In this document: positions 48,363 through 57,012 of the stretch, piece after piece
Layout: each line of letters begins with the position of its first letter
Numbering within the stretch: the first letter of the stretch is position 1
Virus record (IMG/VR): IMGVR_UViG_3300044712_000991
Location: 64,001-128,000 of that record
Source of the DNA: a virus
Length of the DNA: 64,000 nucleotides
Strand: one strand, 5' to 3'
Position numbers and translations under genes: made by a program
Notes under the pieces: generated by a model
Told to the model about the DNA's origin: nothing
What the model saw: only the letters and a program-made list of their open reading frames with translations
Database searches by the model: none

Positions 48363-48840
48363 TGCTCACCTTGTCCTCGTTGATGAATGGAAACGATCTC
48401 TGGAGATCGATGTGATATCTCGCCACAACATCCTCGGGCACCTTGCGGTCTCGCAGGGCGTTCGCCGCGAGAGCCTCCTCCACGGAGGTGTCGATGATGA
48501 TGTACACCACGCGGTAGCCGTACTTGCGTGCGTAGTCCTGCATGATCTTCCGTGTGCGTGCCTTCACCATGTACGCCGCATCGAAGATGACATCCACACG
48601 GGCGGTCATCGTGGCGTGCATGCGTTCGTACGCGAGTGCCCAGGCACGACCGTTCACCGACTGGTCGGACTCATTACCCACGAGTTCCCCACGGATGGTG
48701 TCGGGGCAGATGACGTTCACCCTCAGGAGATCGGCGTGCGTGAGCAGACCGTACTCCAGGATTTTGGCTAGCGTGGACTTCCCGCTCGCGATACCCCCGA
48801 TAAGGAGGTACAACACGGGGGTTCTGTTCGGCATCTCCAT
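48346..48840 (-). CDS. Polynucleotide kinase (AAA_33, Pnkp kinase-like)
   Basis: GGIASGKST P-loop, ICPDTIR, IFDA, RDRKVPEDVV. Confidence 0.85.
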   Translation of the reverse strand: MEMPNRTPVLYLLIGGIASGKSTLAKILEYGLLTHADLLRVNVICPDTIRGELVGNESDQSVNGRAWALAYERMHATMTARVDVIFDAAYMVKARTRKIMQDYARKYGYRVVYIIIDTSVEEALAANALRDRKVPEDVVARYHIDLQRSFPFINEDKVSNGEVQ

Positions 48841-49259
48841 CAGTCTTCTTCCTTTTCTGCTTTCGGGCGTGCCACCTTCTTCACGAGTTCCGCGTGTTTC
48901 GCGGGGTCGTACGGGATGACCTCTGTGTTGGGCGAGATGCCCGTGGTACTTCCTGTGGCGGGGTACGCAACATCTATGGTGCCCCACCCAACACCGAGAA
49001 TCTTGACCACCTTGTTGCACTCGGGGATGACGTACATCTCCCCCACCTTCCCCTCGTAGAGAAAGAACACCCCCTTGGGGAGTGCGTACGGGCGTTCGGT
49101 CGGGACATCCGATTCCTCGGGCGCTGGTGTTTGCGGGGGCGCTTGCCGTGCCTTCTCTTCCTCAAGCATCTCCTGGATTGCGATGGCCTTCTGCCCCTCG
49201 TACTCCGCCTCCACCAACTGCTCAGTCTGTTCTTCGGACATCTGTTGCTGCTCTGACAT
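48840..49259 (-). CDS. Hypothetical protein
   Basis: Coupled ORF with an acidic N-terminus; start re-called at 49259. Confidence 0.5.
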   Translation of the reverse strand: MSEQQQMSEEQTEQLVEAEYEGQKAIAIQEMLEEEKARQAPPQTPAPEESDVPTERPYALPKGVFFLYEGKVGEMYVIPECNKVVKILGVGWGTIDVAYPATGSTTGISPNTEVIPYDPAKHAELVKKVARPKAEKEED

Positions 49260-49333
49260 ACAGTACGCTCCTTGTGCGTAATACAAGAGGGGTGCCCCGA
49301 AGGAGCGCCCCCGTGCTGTGTGCGTTCAGTGAG

Positions 49334-50386
49334 TTAGTTACTGCTGATCGACATTCCTGTACTCTGCATGGGCTTCAGGCGCTCCGAGTACTCGACCGCG
49401 AGGTCGAACGCCTTCTGCTTGTTCGCCCGTGCGGGGCCGGTGAGGATGCTCAACGCCCGCGTGTCTGCCGAGCGGAAGTTCGACGCGTGATCCACGAACT
49501 CCGTGTACGCGTTGTACGCTCCCCAGACCGTGCCGTGCGTGGTCTCCAACTGCGCACCATGACCGACCTCCGCGAGCTTCATCACCAGCTCACGACGCTC
49601 CTTGATCCGTCCGACCACGAGCTCGGACACAGCCTCCTCGTTCTCCTTCTTCTCGGGCATCGGGAGCAGAGTCTCCACATACTTCACGAGATCATCGGCA
49701 GACATCCGTGCGACTGCCATCGAGTTGAACGCCCGTTCGAGTTCCTTGTTGTACTGATTGACGAGTCCCATCGTGCGCGAGGCCTCCTTCATGCGCTCCT
49801 CGGCGGATGCGGTGTGCCTGATGGCGACCTGCGAGACTGCCGAGCGCAGAGCGGCGTTGAGAGTGTTGTTGCACACCACGCGCACGTCGGTGAACATCGC
49901 GAGCAACGAGCTTGTACCATCATGCCAGTTCGCCAACAGCACGAACTTCTTGATCTTGTCCTCATCCGACCCGAGAATCTTGATGTACTCGGGGAGTGCC
50001 GCGAGGAGGAACACCGAGCGACCGGCCTTGAGGATGCCCGCGGTTTCGTAGATCGCTTCACCCGCGCCGACCACATGGTCGAAGAACCCGAAGGCCGCCG
50101 TATTCTGAATGGGCGTGTAGTCCCGACCCACCCGACCGCACAGGACGCTCTCCGAGCCATCCTTGTTCACCCGCACCGTGGAGAAACTGTCGCGGAGGGT
50201 CACCACCTGGGGGCGTCCAGCGACCATCAGGTGCGTCTGGTTCGGACGCTTCTCGACCTTGAAGTCAAACCCGATGGCCTCGATGATCTCCTGCGCGTTC
50301 ACCAGGTCCTTGGGGGTGACGACCCCCAACTCGTGCCACGGCAGGATACCCTTGGCGCTGATCATGTTCTCGACTTCGTGTGACAT
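49334..50386 (-). CDS. DUF932 (TIGR03299-type phage/plasmid) protein
   Basis: PWHELG, YTPIQN, YETAG, ANWHDG, VRVVCNNTL, TVWGAYNAYTE. Confidence 0.85.
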   Translation of the reverse strand: MSHEVENMISAKGILPWHELGVVTPKDLVNAQEIIEAIGFDFKVEKRPNQTHLMVAGRPQVVTLRDSFSTVRVNKDGSESVLCGRVGRDYTPIQNTAAFGFFDHVVGAGEAIYETAGILKAGRSVFLLAALPEYIKILGSDEDKIKKFVLLANWHDGTSSLLAMFTDVRVVCNNTLNAALRSAVSQVAIRHTASAEERMKEASRTMGLVNQYNKELERAFNSMAVARMSADDLVKYVETLLPMPEKKENEEAVSELVVGRIKERRELVMKLAEVGHGAQLETTHGTVWGAYNAYTEFVDHASNFRSADTRALSILTGPARANKQKAFDLAVEYSERLKPMQSTGMSISSN

Positions 50387-50439
50387 AGTGTGCCTTTCTT
50401 CGTTGTGTGCTACGATCGGTTGTTTATTAAGTACGTACC

Positions 50440-50468
50440 AATATAGCACACGCAGGACTGAAAGTCAA
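50440..50468 (-). promoter_or_regulatory. Early sigma70-type promoter
   Basis: TTGACT-17 bp-TATATT; one of seven copies. Confidence 0.8.
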
Positions 50469-50482
50469 GTACAAAATGCAGT

Positions 50483-50704
50483 CTACCGAACTTTTTTCTT
50501 GAACTTCCGGAGGTGGTTGTAGTGCCTGATGTGCGTGACCCCCTTGGTCTCCCCGCACACACAGCACACACCCTCGTGCATCGTGACCACCCAGTCCGCC
50601 ATACCCCTGCGATGTATCTGCTCGGCGGTCAGGAAGCGTATCCCGCATGAGGGACACACATAGTTCGGGTCGTGCTTAGGCTTCTTTTTTCGGGGTGCGC
50701 CCAC
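50483..50704 (-). CDS. Small Zn-finger protein
   Basis: CPSC...CCVC. Confidence 0.5.
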   Translation of the reverse strand: MGAPRKKKPKHDPNYVCPSCGIRFLTAEQIHRRGMADWVVTMHEGVCCVCGETKGVTHIRHYNHLRKFKKKVR

Positions 50705-51005
50705 TGCGTTCCTCCTTGAGCCGCTTGTTTCTTCGCTTCACGACCTCAAACGCTTCATCCGCATCGACCATCGTCTCGTACGTCCCCCGTGTGGGGCGGA
50801 TGGTCGTGTACTCCCACTCAGGGAGCCCCGTAGTGGGGCTGTCCCTGAGAAAGATGTACGCACGCTCTTCCTGTTTGTGCGTGGAGTCCGAAAGAGAGAA
50901 CGCATCTCCTGCTCCTCCCGTGTCCTGTGCTGGTTCTGCTGCAAGTAGTTCCATCAGCGCCATGTCCTCTCTTGTTGGTAGATCAAAATCATGTTCGGTG
51001 TCCAT
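50676..51005 (-). CDS. Hypothetical protein
   Basis: RBS and ATG, coupled to the neighbouring gene. Confidence 0.5.
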   Translation of the reverse strand: MDTEHDFDLPTREDMALMELLAAEPAQDTGGAGDAFSLSDSTHKQEERAYIFLRDSPTTGLPEWEYTTIRPTRGTYETMVDADEAFEVVKRRNKRLKEERSGRTPKKEA

Positions 51006-51029
51006 AGGGTGTTCCTCGGGAGTTGTTTC

Positions 51030-51857
51030 TCACAACTCCGGCAAGTACAACATTTCCGCGTCCCATGCGCCGAGGATGTGGTAGTAGAACCCGAACGGCG
51101 AGGAGGCGAGCAAGATGGGGTCGCGCTTCCCGTACGCTTCGTTGAACGACTCGGGGGTCGCGATGACGAACAGCAGGGGCTTCTTGCCCGTGAGTTCCTT
51201 GCACTTCTTGATGTACGCGGTCATGATGCGCGTGGCATCCGCAGGGAACTCAGGGATGAAGATGTCCGCAGGGCGCTTCACAAGCCCGTGCTTGGTGCAC
51301 AGCGCCTGGACCTTGGCATCATCCGTGGTGTCGAACTGAGCGAAGAACTGCCCGAACGGGGTGCCCGTGGAGTCCAGTTCCTCGACCTTCTTCCGGTTCT
51401 CCAGGAGGTCGATGAGCGCTTGGAGTTCGTTGCGAGCAACATGCTGCTGTGTGATCTCCAGTTTCTCCTTCAGGAGGTCGATCTTGGAGTCCAGACCGTT
51501 GAGTGCCCACATGGTAGGGCGACGTTCGAGTTCCGCTAGGACGGACTTGGGGGTCACGGGGACTTCGATGGTCTGCCGTTTCACGCGCTTCCGCCTTGAG
51601 GAGGCTTTTGTGCGCCCCCGCCGACCAGGAAAGTCGTTCTGCGAAACTTCCACAACCCCTCCCGAGCCATAACGGTCGGGGCTGAAGTCCATGAGATACT
51701 CCGCCTCCTGCTTGAAGAACACGTCATTCGGGGGGGATGTGATGTACATGGAGCCCGAGGACACTGTGCTCGTTTCTGGCACGGGCACATCAACTACGGG
51801 CGCACTCGGTGCGATGCCAATCAGCTTCTGAAACATCTGTGCGATATACTGGAACAT
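51030..51857 (-). CDS. Hypothetical protein
   Basis: GGAGG RBS; C-terminal RDPILLASSPFGFYYHILGAWD. Confidence 0.6.
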   Translation of the reverse strand: MFQYIAQMFQKLIGIAPSAPVVDVPVPETSTVSSGSMYITSPPNDVFFKQEAEYLMDFSPDRYGSGGVVEVSQNDFPGRRGRTKASSRRKRVKRQTIEVPVTPKSVLAELERRPTMWALNGLDSKIDLLKEKLEITQQHVARNELQALIDLLENRKKVEELDSTGTPFGQFFAQFDTTDDAKVQALCTKHGLVKRPADIFIPEFPADATRIMTAYIKKCKELTGKKPLLFVIATPESFNEAYGKRDPILLASSPFGFYYHILGAWDAEMLYLPEL

Positions 51858-51880
51858 GTGAACCTCCTGTGATTGAATGG

Positions 51881-52384
51881 TTATTTACCGTGACACTTCT
51901 TGTACTTCTCGCCGCTTCCGCAGAAACAGGGGTCGTTGCGACCGATGTTCGTCGGGATAACGACCCCTGTGTCGGTCATCAGAAGACCATCGAGGTGGTC
52001 GAGTTCGTGCTGGTAGACGATGGCATCCATCTCGGTCAGCACGTACGTCCCACCGAGGTCATCCGAGGCCTCGCACTGAGAGTAGCGTGGGACGAGACAT
52101 TGTACTCCGGGAAGGCTGAGGCAACCCTCGCGGGACTCCACGAGGGGCTCCCGGAGTTCGCGCATCATGGGGTTCGCCACCCTGATGATCTTCCGCTCGT
52201 CCTCAACCATCGAGTAGTACACGAACGCCCTGCGCTGGATACCCACCTGTGGGGCGGACACTCCAATGGCCTCCGAGCATCCTCTGAGCGTTTCTTCGAG
52301 GATGCGGAAGACCTGCTCCTGTTCCTCGACCGCAAGGGGGAGGCAGATGAGACTCAACTGCTGCCTGTCGGTCACGATGCGCAT
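51881..52384 (-). CDS. def: Peptide deformylase with a C-terminal SEC-C motif
   Basis: GVSAPQVG, EGCLS and QHELDHLDG; ends GRNDPCFCGSGEKYKKCHGK. Confidence 0.9.
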   Translation of the reverse strand: MRIVTDRQQLSLICLPLAVEEQEQVFRILEETLRGCSEAIGVSAPQVGIQRRAFVYYSMVEDERKIIRVANPMMRELREPLVESREGCLSLPGVQCLVPRYSQCEASDDLGGTYVLTEMDAIVYQHELDHLDGLLMTDTGVVIPTNIGRNDPCFCGSGEKYKKCHGK

Positions 52385-52632
52385 GTGCACCCTCCTGCAT
52401 CGCACAGCGTAGGCGCTTCAATCGTGGAGGTGGATAAGACCTTCACGAACAGCACGCCCCGATGTTTCTGCTCCTCAGGGGCATCCTCGACACCCACACT
52501 GACAAGTCCTGCCAGGGGTGGGACTTCCTTGTACGCCACCTGTGTCGAGATAGAAGCGAGCAGTTGCTTCGCATCATCCTCCGACAGCAGGAGAGTCCAG
52601 CGCTTCATGCTCTCATTGTATTCCAGAGTCAT
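52372..52632 (-). CDS. Hypothetical protein
   Basis: Coupled ORF. Confidence 0.45.
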   Translation of the reverse strand: MTLEYNESMKRWTLLLSEDDAKQLLASISTQVAYKEVPPLAGLVSVGVEDAPEEQKHRGVLFVKVLSTSTIEAPTLCDAGGCTCAS

Positions 52633-53251
52633 CCGTACGTTCCTCCTCAGTTGTTCGTTGATTTTCCACTGCGTTTGCGTAGTACTTCCAGACCATGCTG
52701 TCGGCCTCGACGCTAGAGAGGCACATCAGATCACAGGCGGCCAACCACAGGCGTTCGAGTTCATCGTACTGCTTGGGGCTGGTCGGGGTGCTCTTGGGAA
52801 TCACGCGCTCGGGATGTATCTTTTGCAGGTATTTCAGGATGTGGGTGTCCAGCACGGCCATGCGTAGGTTCAGGCGGCTGTGGAGCAGGAAGAACCTGCT
52901 CGTCTTCGGTCCCACCCCGTGGAACTTCCGCAGGTCTTCCAAGGTGCACATTCTAAGGTTGATCCCCGAGGTGACTATCTGCTTGTACGACTTGGTCAGC
53001 ACATCATACCGACCGAGGTGTGCGCGTTGAAGGTTGATCCGGAGAGTCCCGTTACCGACCATGTGGCGTACACGACCAAACGGGGTGCCACCCTTGTCCA
53101 TCGCTAGGAACTTGTCAAGTGCCTTCTCTATCATGGTTGCCCTTTTTCCGGCCACTGCGACCGCAAAGAGGAGGAAGCGTTCAAGTTGTTCCTGGGTGAG
53201 GGTAGTATGGGGATCAGGTGACTTGACATCGAATGGTCGTTCGTTTATCAT
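52613..53251 (-). CDS. HhH-GPD DNA glycosylase (Ogg-like)
   Basis: HhH motif LRKFHGVGPKTS and catalytic-type LDTH; start re-called at 53251. Confidence 0.8.
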   Translation of the reverse strand: MINERPFDVKSPDPHTTLTQEQLERFLLFAVAVAGKRATMIEKALDKFLAMDKGGTPFGRVRHMVGNGTLRINLQRAHLGRYDVLTKSYKQIVTSGINLRMCTLEDLRKFHGVGPKTSRFFLLHSRLNLRMAVLDTHILKYLQKIHPERVIPKSTPTSPKQYDELERLWLAACDLMCLSSVEADSMVWKYYANAVENQRTTEEERTDDSGIQ

Positions 53252-53257
53252 GCTCTC

Positions 53258-53286
53258 AATATACAACATTTTTTGCGAGAAGTCAA
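53258..53286 (-). promoter_or_regulatory. Early sigma70-type promoter (leaderless)
   Basis: TTGACT-17 bp-TATATT; ATG lies 6 nt after the -10 box. Confidence 0.8.
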
Positions 53287-53288
53287 GT

Positions 53289-53753
53289 TCAATTTACGCT
53301 CACCTTCGCGTTCAGTGGTATTGGGCGTGCGCCAAGTACACCTCGTTCAATCCCTTGTGCAAGGAGGATACATGTATCCGCCACGCAGCAGATACCGAGA
53401 GCGTACTGTGCCGAGGCAACAAACTCCCGTACCTCCGCAAAGCGACCTTCCGGGGGAGCGCTTGCGGTTGCCCAAGTGAACAAACAATCATCGATGAATC
53501 GCGTGATCTCCGCGTACAGTGCGACCTTATCGGTCTCAGGTCTAATCATGTCCACGAGGTAGTCATCCACAGGGTATCCCTCATCTCTGAGAACTTCTCC
53601 ACCCACACGGTCTCGTACGGCCATCAGGAAGCGCATATACACTTGAGCGGGTGTGTACTCCTCCACAGGAATGAGCGACCCATCCTCCCGCGTACGGGCG
53701 AGGGGTCCCATGGTAGATGAATACAACTTCAGAGCTTCCGCCATGGGCATCAT
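53289..53753 (-). CDS. Hypothetical protein
   Basis: Coupled (ATGA overlap) ORF. Confidence 0.5.
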   Translation of the reverse strand: MMPMAEALKLYSSTMGPLARTREDGSLIPVEEYTPAQVYMRFLMAVRDRVGGEVLRDEGYPVDDYLVDMIRPETDKVALYAEITRFIDDCLFTWATASAPPEGRFAEVREFVASAQYALGICCVADTCILLAQGIERGVLGARPIPLNAKVSVN

Positions 53754-54226
53754 CGGGGACTGTCCTTCACATGGTAGTACGTACTCACGGGTCTACTGTG
53801 ATACGTGGATTGCTGTAGCACGTTGGACACCGTAATGAACGCGTACACAAGACCCCCTATCTTTGTGTACTGTGCCAGATAGGTCACGGTGTACATCTGT
53901 CCATCCGATCCCACACAGCGAAACTCCCGTACCACCCCGTTCACGGCCACGAAGTTCTGCACGGTCGCGGCGATACGGAACTTGGTCTCCCCGATGTGGA
54001 TGGTCTGTCCCTCGTGGTACACCCGAAGGGACTTCGGGGCAGGTCCAGAACTCTCATACTTTGGTGTACGCACGACCACCCCCTGGGGGTAGAACATGAA
54101 TGCGGGGGGCTTCCTGGGTTCCCCGTGTGCGCTTGAGATAGCGAGCAACCACAGACCGCCGATCAACAGGAGCAGTACGACGATTGTCGCGGATGCCCAC
54201 ACGTAGTCCTTTGTTCTCTGTGTCAT
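53750..54226 (-). CDS. Membrane-anchored/exported protein
   Basis: N-terminal TM segment. Confidence 0.5.
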   Translation of the reverse strand: MTQRTKDYVWASATIVVLLLLIGGLWLLAISSAHGEPRKPPAFMFYPQGVVVRTPKYESSGPAPKSLRVYHEGQTIHIGETKFRIAATVQNFVAVNGVVREFRCVGSDGQMYTVTYLAQYTKIGGLVYAFITVSNVLQQSTYHSRPVSTYYHVKDSPR

Positions 54227-54939
54227 ACTTCGTTCTCCCTCGGTAGTGCTGCGCGTATCTTACGACCAACACGGGATTGTACGACCTTCCACACTCGTTT
54301 GTCCTCGGAGATCAGGGGGCGCAACAATCCCACTTCTGCTCTCCATTTGGATCGCGCTTCGAGGCACAGTCCGAGGATTTCCACGCGGGACATCGGGCAG
54401 TCCCCACCAAACCCATCGTGGAGCTTATCCACGACGTCCATGAGGAGCGTGTGCTCGATGAGCATCTCCTGCGTGTACTGATCCCGCACCGCCCACAGTT
54501 GGGGCATCTCCGCCCGAAACTCGGGGATATCGGGACACACCTCTTCCACGAAGTACCGCATGTCCTCGCAGTCCATGAGGTCGTAGTTCACAACGTTCGC
54601 ATCATGCCAGTAGACCCACAGACGCACGGGGAGAGTCCATCCCTCGGGGACGTACTCGATGAGGTACTTGAGGTTCGTGTTCCCCTGCTCGTGCCGGACG
54701 TCCTTAACGGCGTACACCCCGATAGCTGGCAGAGGTACACTCATGGTCAACGCGACAGGTAGCGAGGAGTCCACTCGGGACTGCCAGTCGATGATAAGGT
54801 CCCCCTTGAGGGGTGGGAGCCACAACAATTTGGTTCCCTGGGATACTCTGCGCATCCCATCGTTCTTCCACTGTTCGAAGGTCTTTCGGCTCGGTTGCCA
54901 CGCGGAGCGTTTGACGGTTTGATATGATTGGTAGTCCAT
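54223..54939 (-). CDS. Hypothetical protein
   Basis: 238-aa ORF immediately after a promoter. Confidence 0.55.
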   Translation of the reverse strand: MDYQSYQTVKRSAWQPSRKTFEQWKNDGMRRVSQGTKLLWLPPLKGDLIIDWQSRVDSSLPVALTMSVPLPAIGVYAVKDVRHEQGNTNLKYLIEYVPEGWTLPVRLWVYWHDANVVNYDLMDCEDMRYFVEEVCPDIPEFRAEMPQLWAVRDQYTQEMLIEHTLLMDVVDKLHDGFGGDCPMSRVEILGLCLEARSKWRAEVGLLRPLISEDKRVWKVVQSRVGRKIRAALPRENEV

Positions 54940-54944
54940 GGTCT

Positions 54945-54973
54945 AATATACAACAACTGCTGGAAAAAGTCAA
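54945..54973 (-). promoter_or_regulatory. Early sigma70-type promoter (leaderless)
   Basis: TTGACT-17 bp-TATATT; ATG lies 5 nt after the -10 box. Confidence 0.8.
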
Positions 54974-54983
54974 GTCCCTAGGC

Positions 54984-55023
54984 AAAGAAAAACCCAGGAT
55001 GACCGTTACGCGCATCCTGGGTT
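54984..55023 (-). terminator. Intrinsic terminator
   Basis: 11-bp stem AACCCAGGATG/CATCCTGGGTT followed by a U-tract. Confidence 0.75.
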
Positions 55024-55048
55024 GAGGTCTCTTTATCGGGTATGCCTT

Positions 55049-55468
55049 CTACTGAAGCGCGTACACCCATTGATAGTTCGCATCTCTGACCCTCAAGAAC
55101 ATCAGCTTCTTCTGCAACAATACATGGAGGGTGACGAGTACGGGGGTGTTCTGTTCATCCCGACATATCCACGACACGGATTTCTCCTGCTCGGTGTCCA
55201 AGCCTTGCCCGTGGGAGACAATGGTATACTGCTGTGACTCCTCGGAATTGATGGTAATGACCCCCGTGGTGATGCTGATGGCCACCCGAGGGACGACTTC
55301 GGAGGTTCGCGTTTCGCCCGTGTTGAGATCAGTACGCGAGATCGCCACAGCCCAGACGGTCTTGTACTCCGCAAACTGCGTGTAGGCCGGTGTACAGGAA
55401 ATCATCTGTGTCAAGGGAAGGAGGATGCTCAGAATGAACACCGCTCGCAGTGAGGTACGTGTGTGCAT
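55049..55468 (-). CDS. Exported protein/possible lipoprotein
   Basis: Signal-like N-terminus ending ...QMISC. Confidence 0.5.
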   Translation of the reverse strand: MHTRTSLRAVFILSILLPLTQMISCTPAYTQFAEYKTVWAVAISRTDLNTGETRTSEVVPRVAISITTGVITINSEESQQYTIVSHGQGLDTEQEKSVSWICRDEQNTPVLVTLHVLLQKKLMFLRVRDANYQWVYALQ

Positions 55469-55485
55469 ATACTACTATCCTTTCG

Positions 55486-55893
55486 TTAGGTGGTGATGAT
55501 GATGTATAGCACGAGCGCCGCGATGTTCACGACCCACAGGAGTCCCCACAAGAGTTTCTTGTCCCCCCACCATTTGCCGTGGTTAGCATCCGTGTGAAAC
55601 ACCCGATCGACCACGAAGTGTGACCAGCAGTGGGGAATCCACTGAGCGATCTTGTACAACTTGCCATCTGGCCGGTGGAAACTGCTGTACAGATTCCAGG
55701 TCCCGAACGCATAGAGTTCGAGACTGAAACTAATGTCGGGCGCAGCGCCCAGCACCCAGTTGACCGTGGTGTACACCCCCAACCAGAGGGGCGCGAGGTG
55801 CACGCCGAACAGCGAGAGCACCAGGAGATCGAGGTAGAGCCCAACGAGGGCGGTGAATGTACCGTGCCAAACGAAATCCGTAGCGATAGCCAT
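55486..55893 (-). CDS. Membrane protein
   Basis: AAGGAGG RBS; MAIATDFVWHG..., with PD..., SFH and HFVVD motifs. Confidence 0.55.
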   Translation of the reverse strand: MAIATDFVWHGTFTALVGLYLDLLVLSLFGVHLAPLWLGVYTTVNWVLGAAPDISFSLELYAFGTWNLYSSFHRPDGKLYKIAQWIPHCWSHFVVDRVFHTDANHGKWWGDKKLLWGLLWVVNIAALVLYIIITT

Positions 55894-55913
55894 ATGTTTC
55901 CTCCTTAGATAAG

Positions 55914-55987
55914 TGGCTGTGGGCAAAGGAGTCGAACCTCTACTAGCGCCTCCAAAGGGCGCTGTCCTGCCATTAGACGAGCCCACA
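55914..55987 (-). tRNA. tRNA-Gln(UUG)
   Basis: Cloverleaf; anticodon arm GCGCC-CTTTGGA-GGCGC; CCA encoded. Confidence 0.95.
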
Positions 55988-55994
55988 ATGTGTA

Positions 55995-56378
55995 CTACTG
56001 GTGTATCCATGTATTCACACGCGCCCTGTACTCACGTGATCTCTCCGCTCTCGCAGTACGGCATTCCGGGCATCGACAACCTTTTCTATAAGCGGTCGAT
56101 GTACCATGTTTCAGGGGCTTCTTCAACAATTTTGATGTTTCCTCCTGATGATGCTTTGCACATAGTACAATACATTTCGCAAGTTCCTCGTCTCTGCGCA
56201 CTTGTGACCAGGACCATATGCGGTGGGATACCTTCTGTTCGGAATCTACGTGATGGAGTTCCAGCCCATCGGTCTCTGTGCAGCGTGCGCAGGTCTTACC
56301 AATGAAGTAGTAGGCACGCCGTTCAGCGTACCACCGTCTCTGGAATGCTCGCTGTTTATCCCGATTCTTATACCCCAC
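55995..56378 (-). CDS. HNH endonuclease
   Basis: CARC..LELHHVD...KCIVLCAKHH and HGT..AY..GCRCPEC. Confidence 0.85.
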   Translation of the reverse strand: MGYKNRDKQRAFQRRWYAERRAYYFIGKTCARCTETDGLELHHVDSEQKVSHRIWSWSQVRRDEELAKCIVLCAKHHQEETSKLLKKPLKHGTSTAYRKGCRCPECRTARAERSREYRARVNTWIHQ

Positions 56379-56682
56379 GGAGTTGCTCCATTATTGGACG
56401 ACCGTAACCTTCGGCTCGTAGTTTCTTCACGAGTTTGGTAGACAACAGGGTCTCGTTGCGCCCAATGTGGTACAGATGACACTCCGAGCACTTGTAGGCC
56501 ACCAACTTGTATGTGCTTGTGCCCATGGCGTTCATGTGCTTCGCGGCCTCCACAGCCTGATCGTGGTTCGCGAACTTCTTCTTCGGGAGTTTAATCAGCA
56601 GTCCATCGGGACCCATACCGAGCGTCTTGTTGCAGGGGTTGTGGTGGACTACCTTCGGCTTGTCATTCTTGTCTGGTTGCAT
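56368..56682 (-). CDS. Hypothetical basic protein
   Basis: GGAG RBS; AYKCSECHLYHIG; start re-called at 56682. Confidence 0.55.
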   Translation of the reverse strand: MQPDKNDKPKVVHHNPCNKTLGMGPDGLLIKLPKKKFANHDQAVEAAKHMNAMGTSTYKLVAYKCSECHLYHIGRNETLLSTKLVKKLRAEGYGRPIMEQLRGV

Positions 56683-56759
56683 ACTCCTGTCGGATGTTAA
56701 CAACATACGCGCACGATAACGCCGTGAATGTTACTATGCACCACACATGTTACTACGAT

Positions 56760-57009
56760 GAAAAAGAAGCGCCCGTTAGCACGTTGTCCCTCTACGGAAT
56801 CAGAGAAGGTTGGAGTCGCCCGGGGAGAAAGGGTAAGCCCTGGGTCGGTATAAGGCACGTGCCCTCACCTGATAAACAACAGCGCATGTCCTTGGCGTTC
56901 ATCTCACTCCCGTGCACATGCTGATCTGCCCACGGGTCATCGAATGATTTGCATTGGTGGCATTAAGCCAGTCCTGATCAGACTTCTGCTGGCACCAAGG
57001 ACACGCGCT
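56760..57009 (-). ncRNA. Candidate structured ncRNA or cis-regulatory leader
   Basis: 17-bp helix 57009-56993 paired with 56897-56881, further hairpins and a terminal U-tract; no convincing ORF. Confidence 0.5.
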
Positions 57010-57012
57010 AGT

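Noticed and set aside
49082-50383. 433-aa plus-strand ORF
   Set aside because: It is an antisense shadow of the DUF932 gene.
55894-56010. N-terminal extension of the 55486-56010 ORF (and similarly 58265-58900)
   Set aside because: The extensions overlap tRNA genes; internal ATGs with strong RBS (55893, 58858) are the likelier starts.
56960-56990. Hammerhead ribozyme core (CTGATCA)
   Set aside because: The core needs CTGANGA and a downstream GAAA in register; here G8 is C and no matching GAAA was found.
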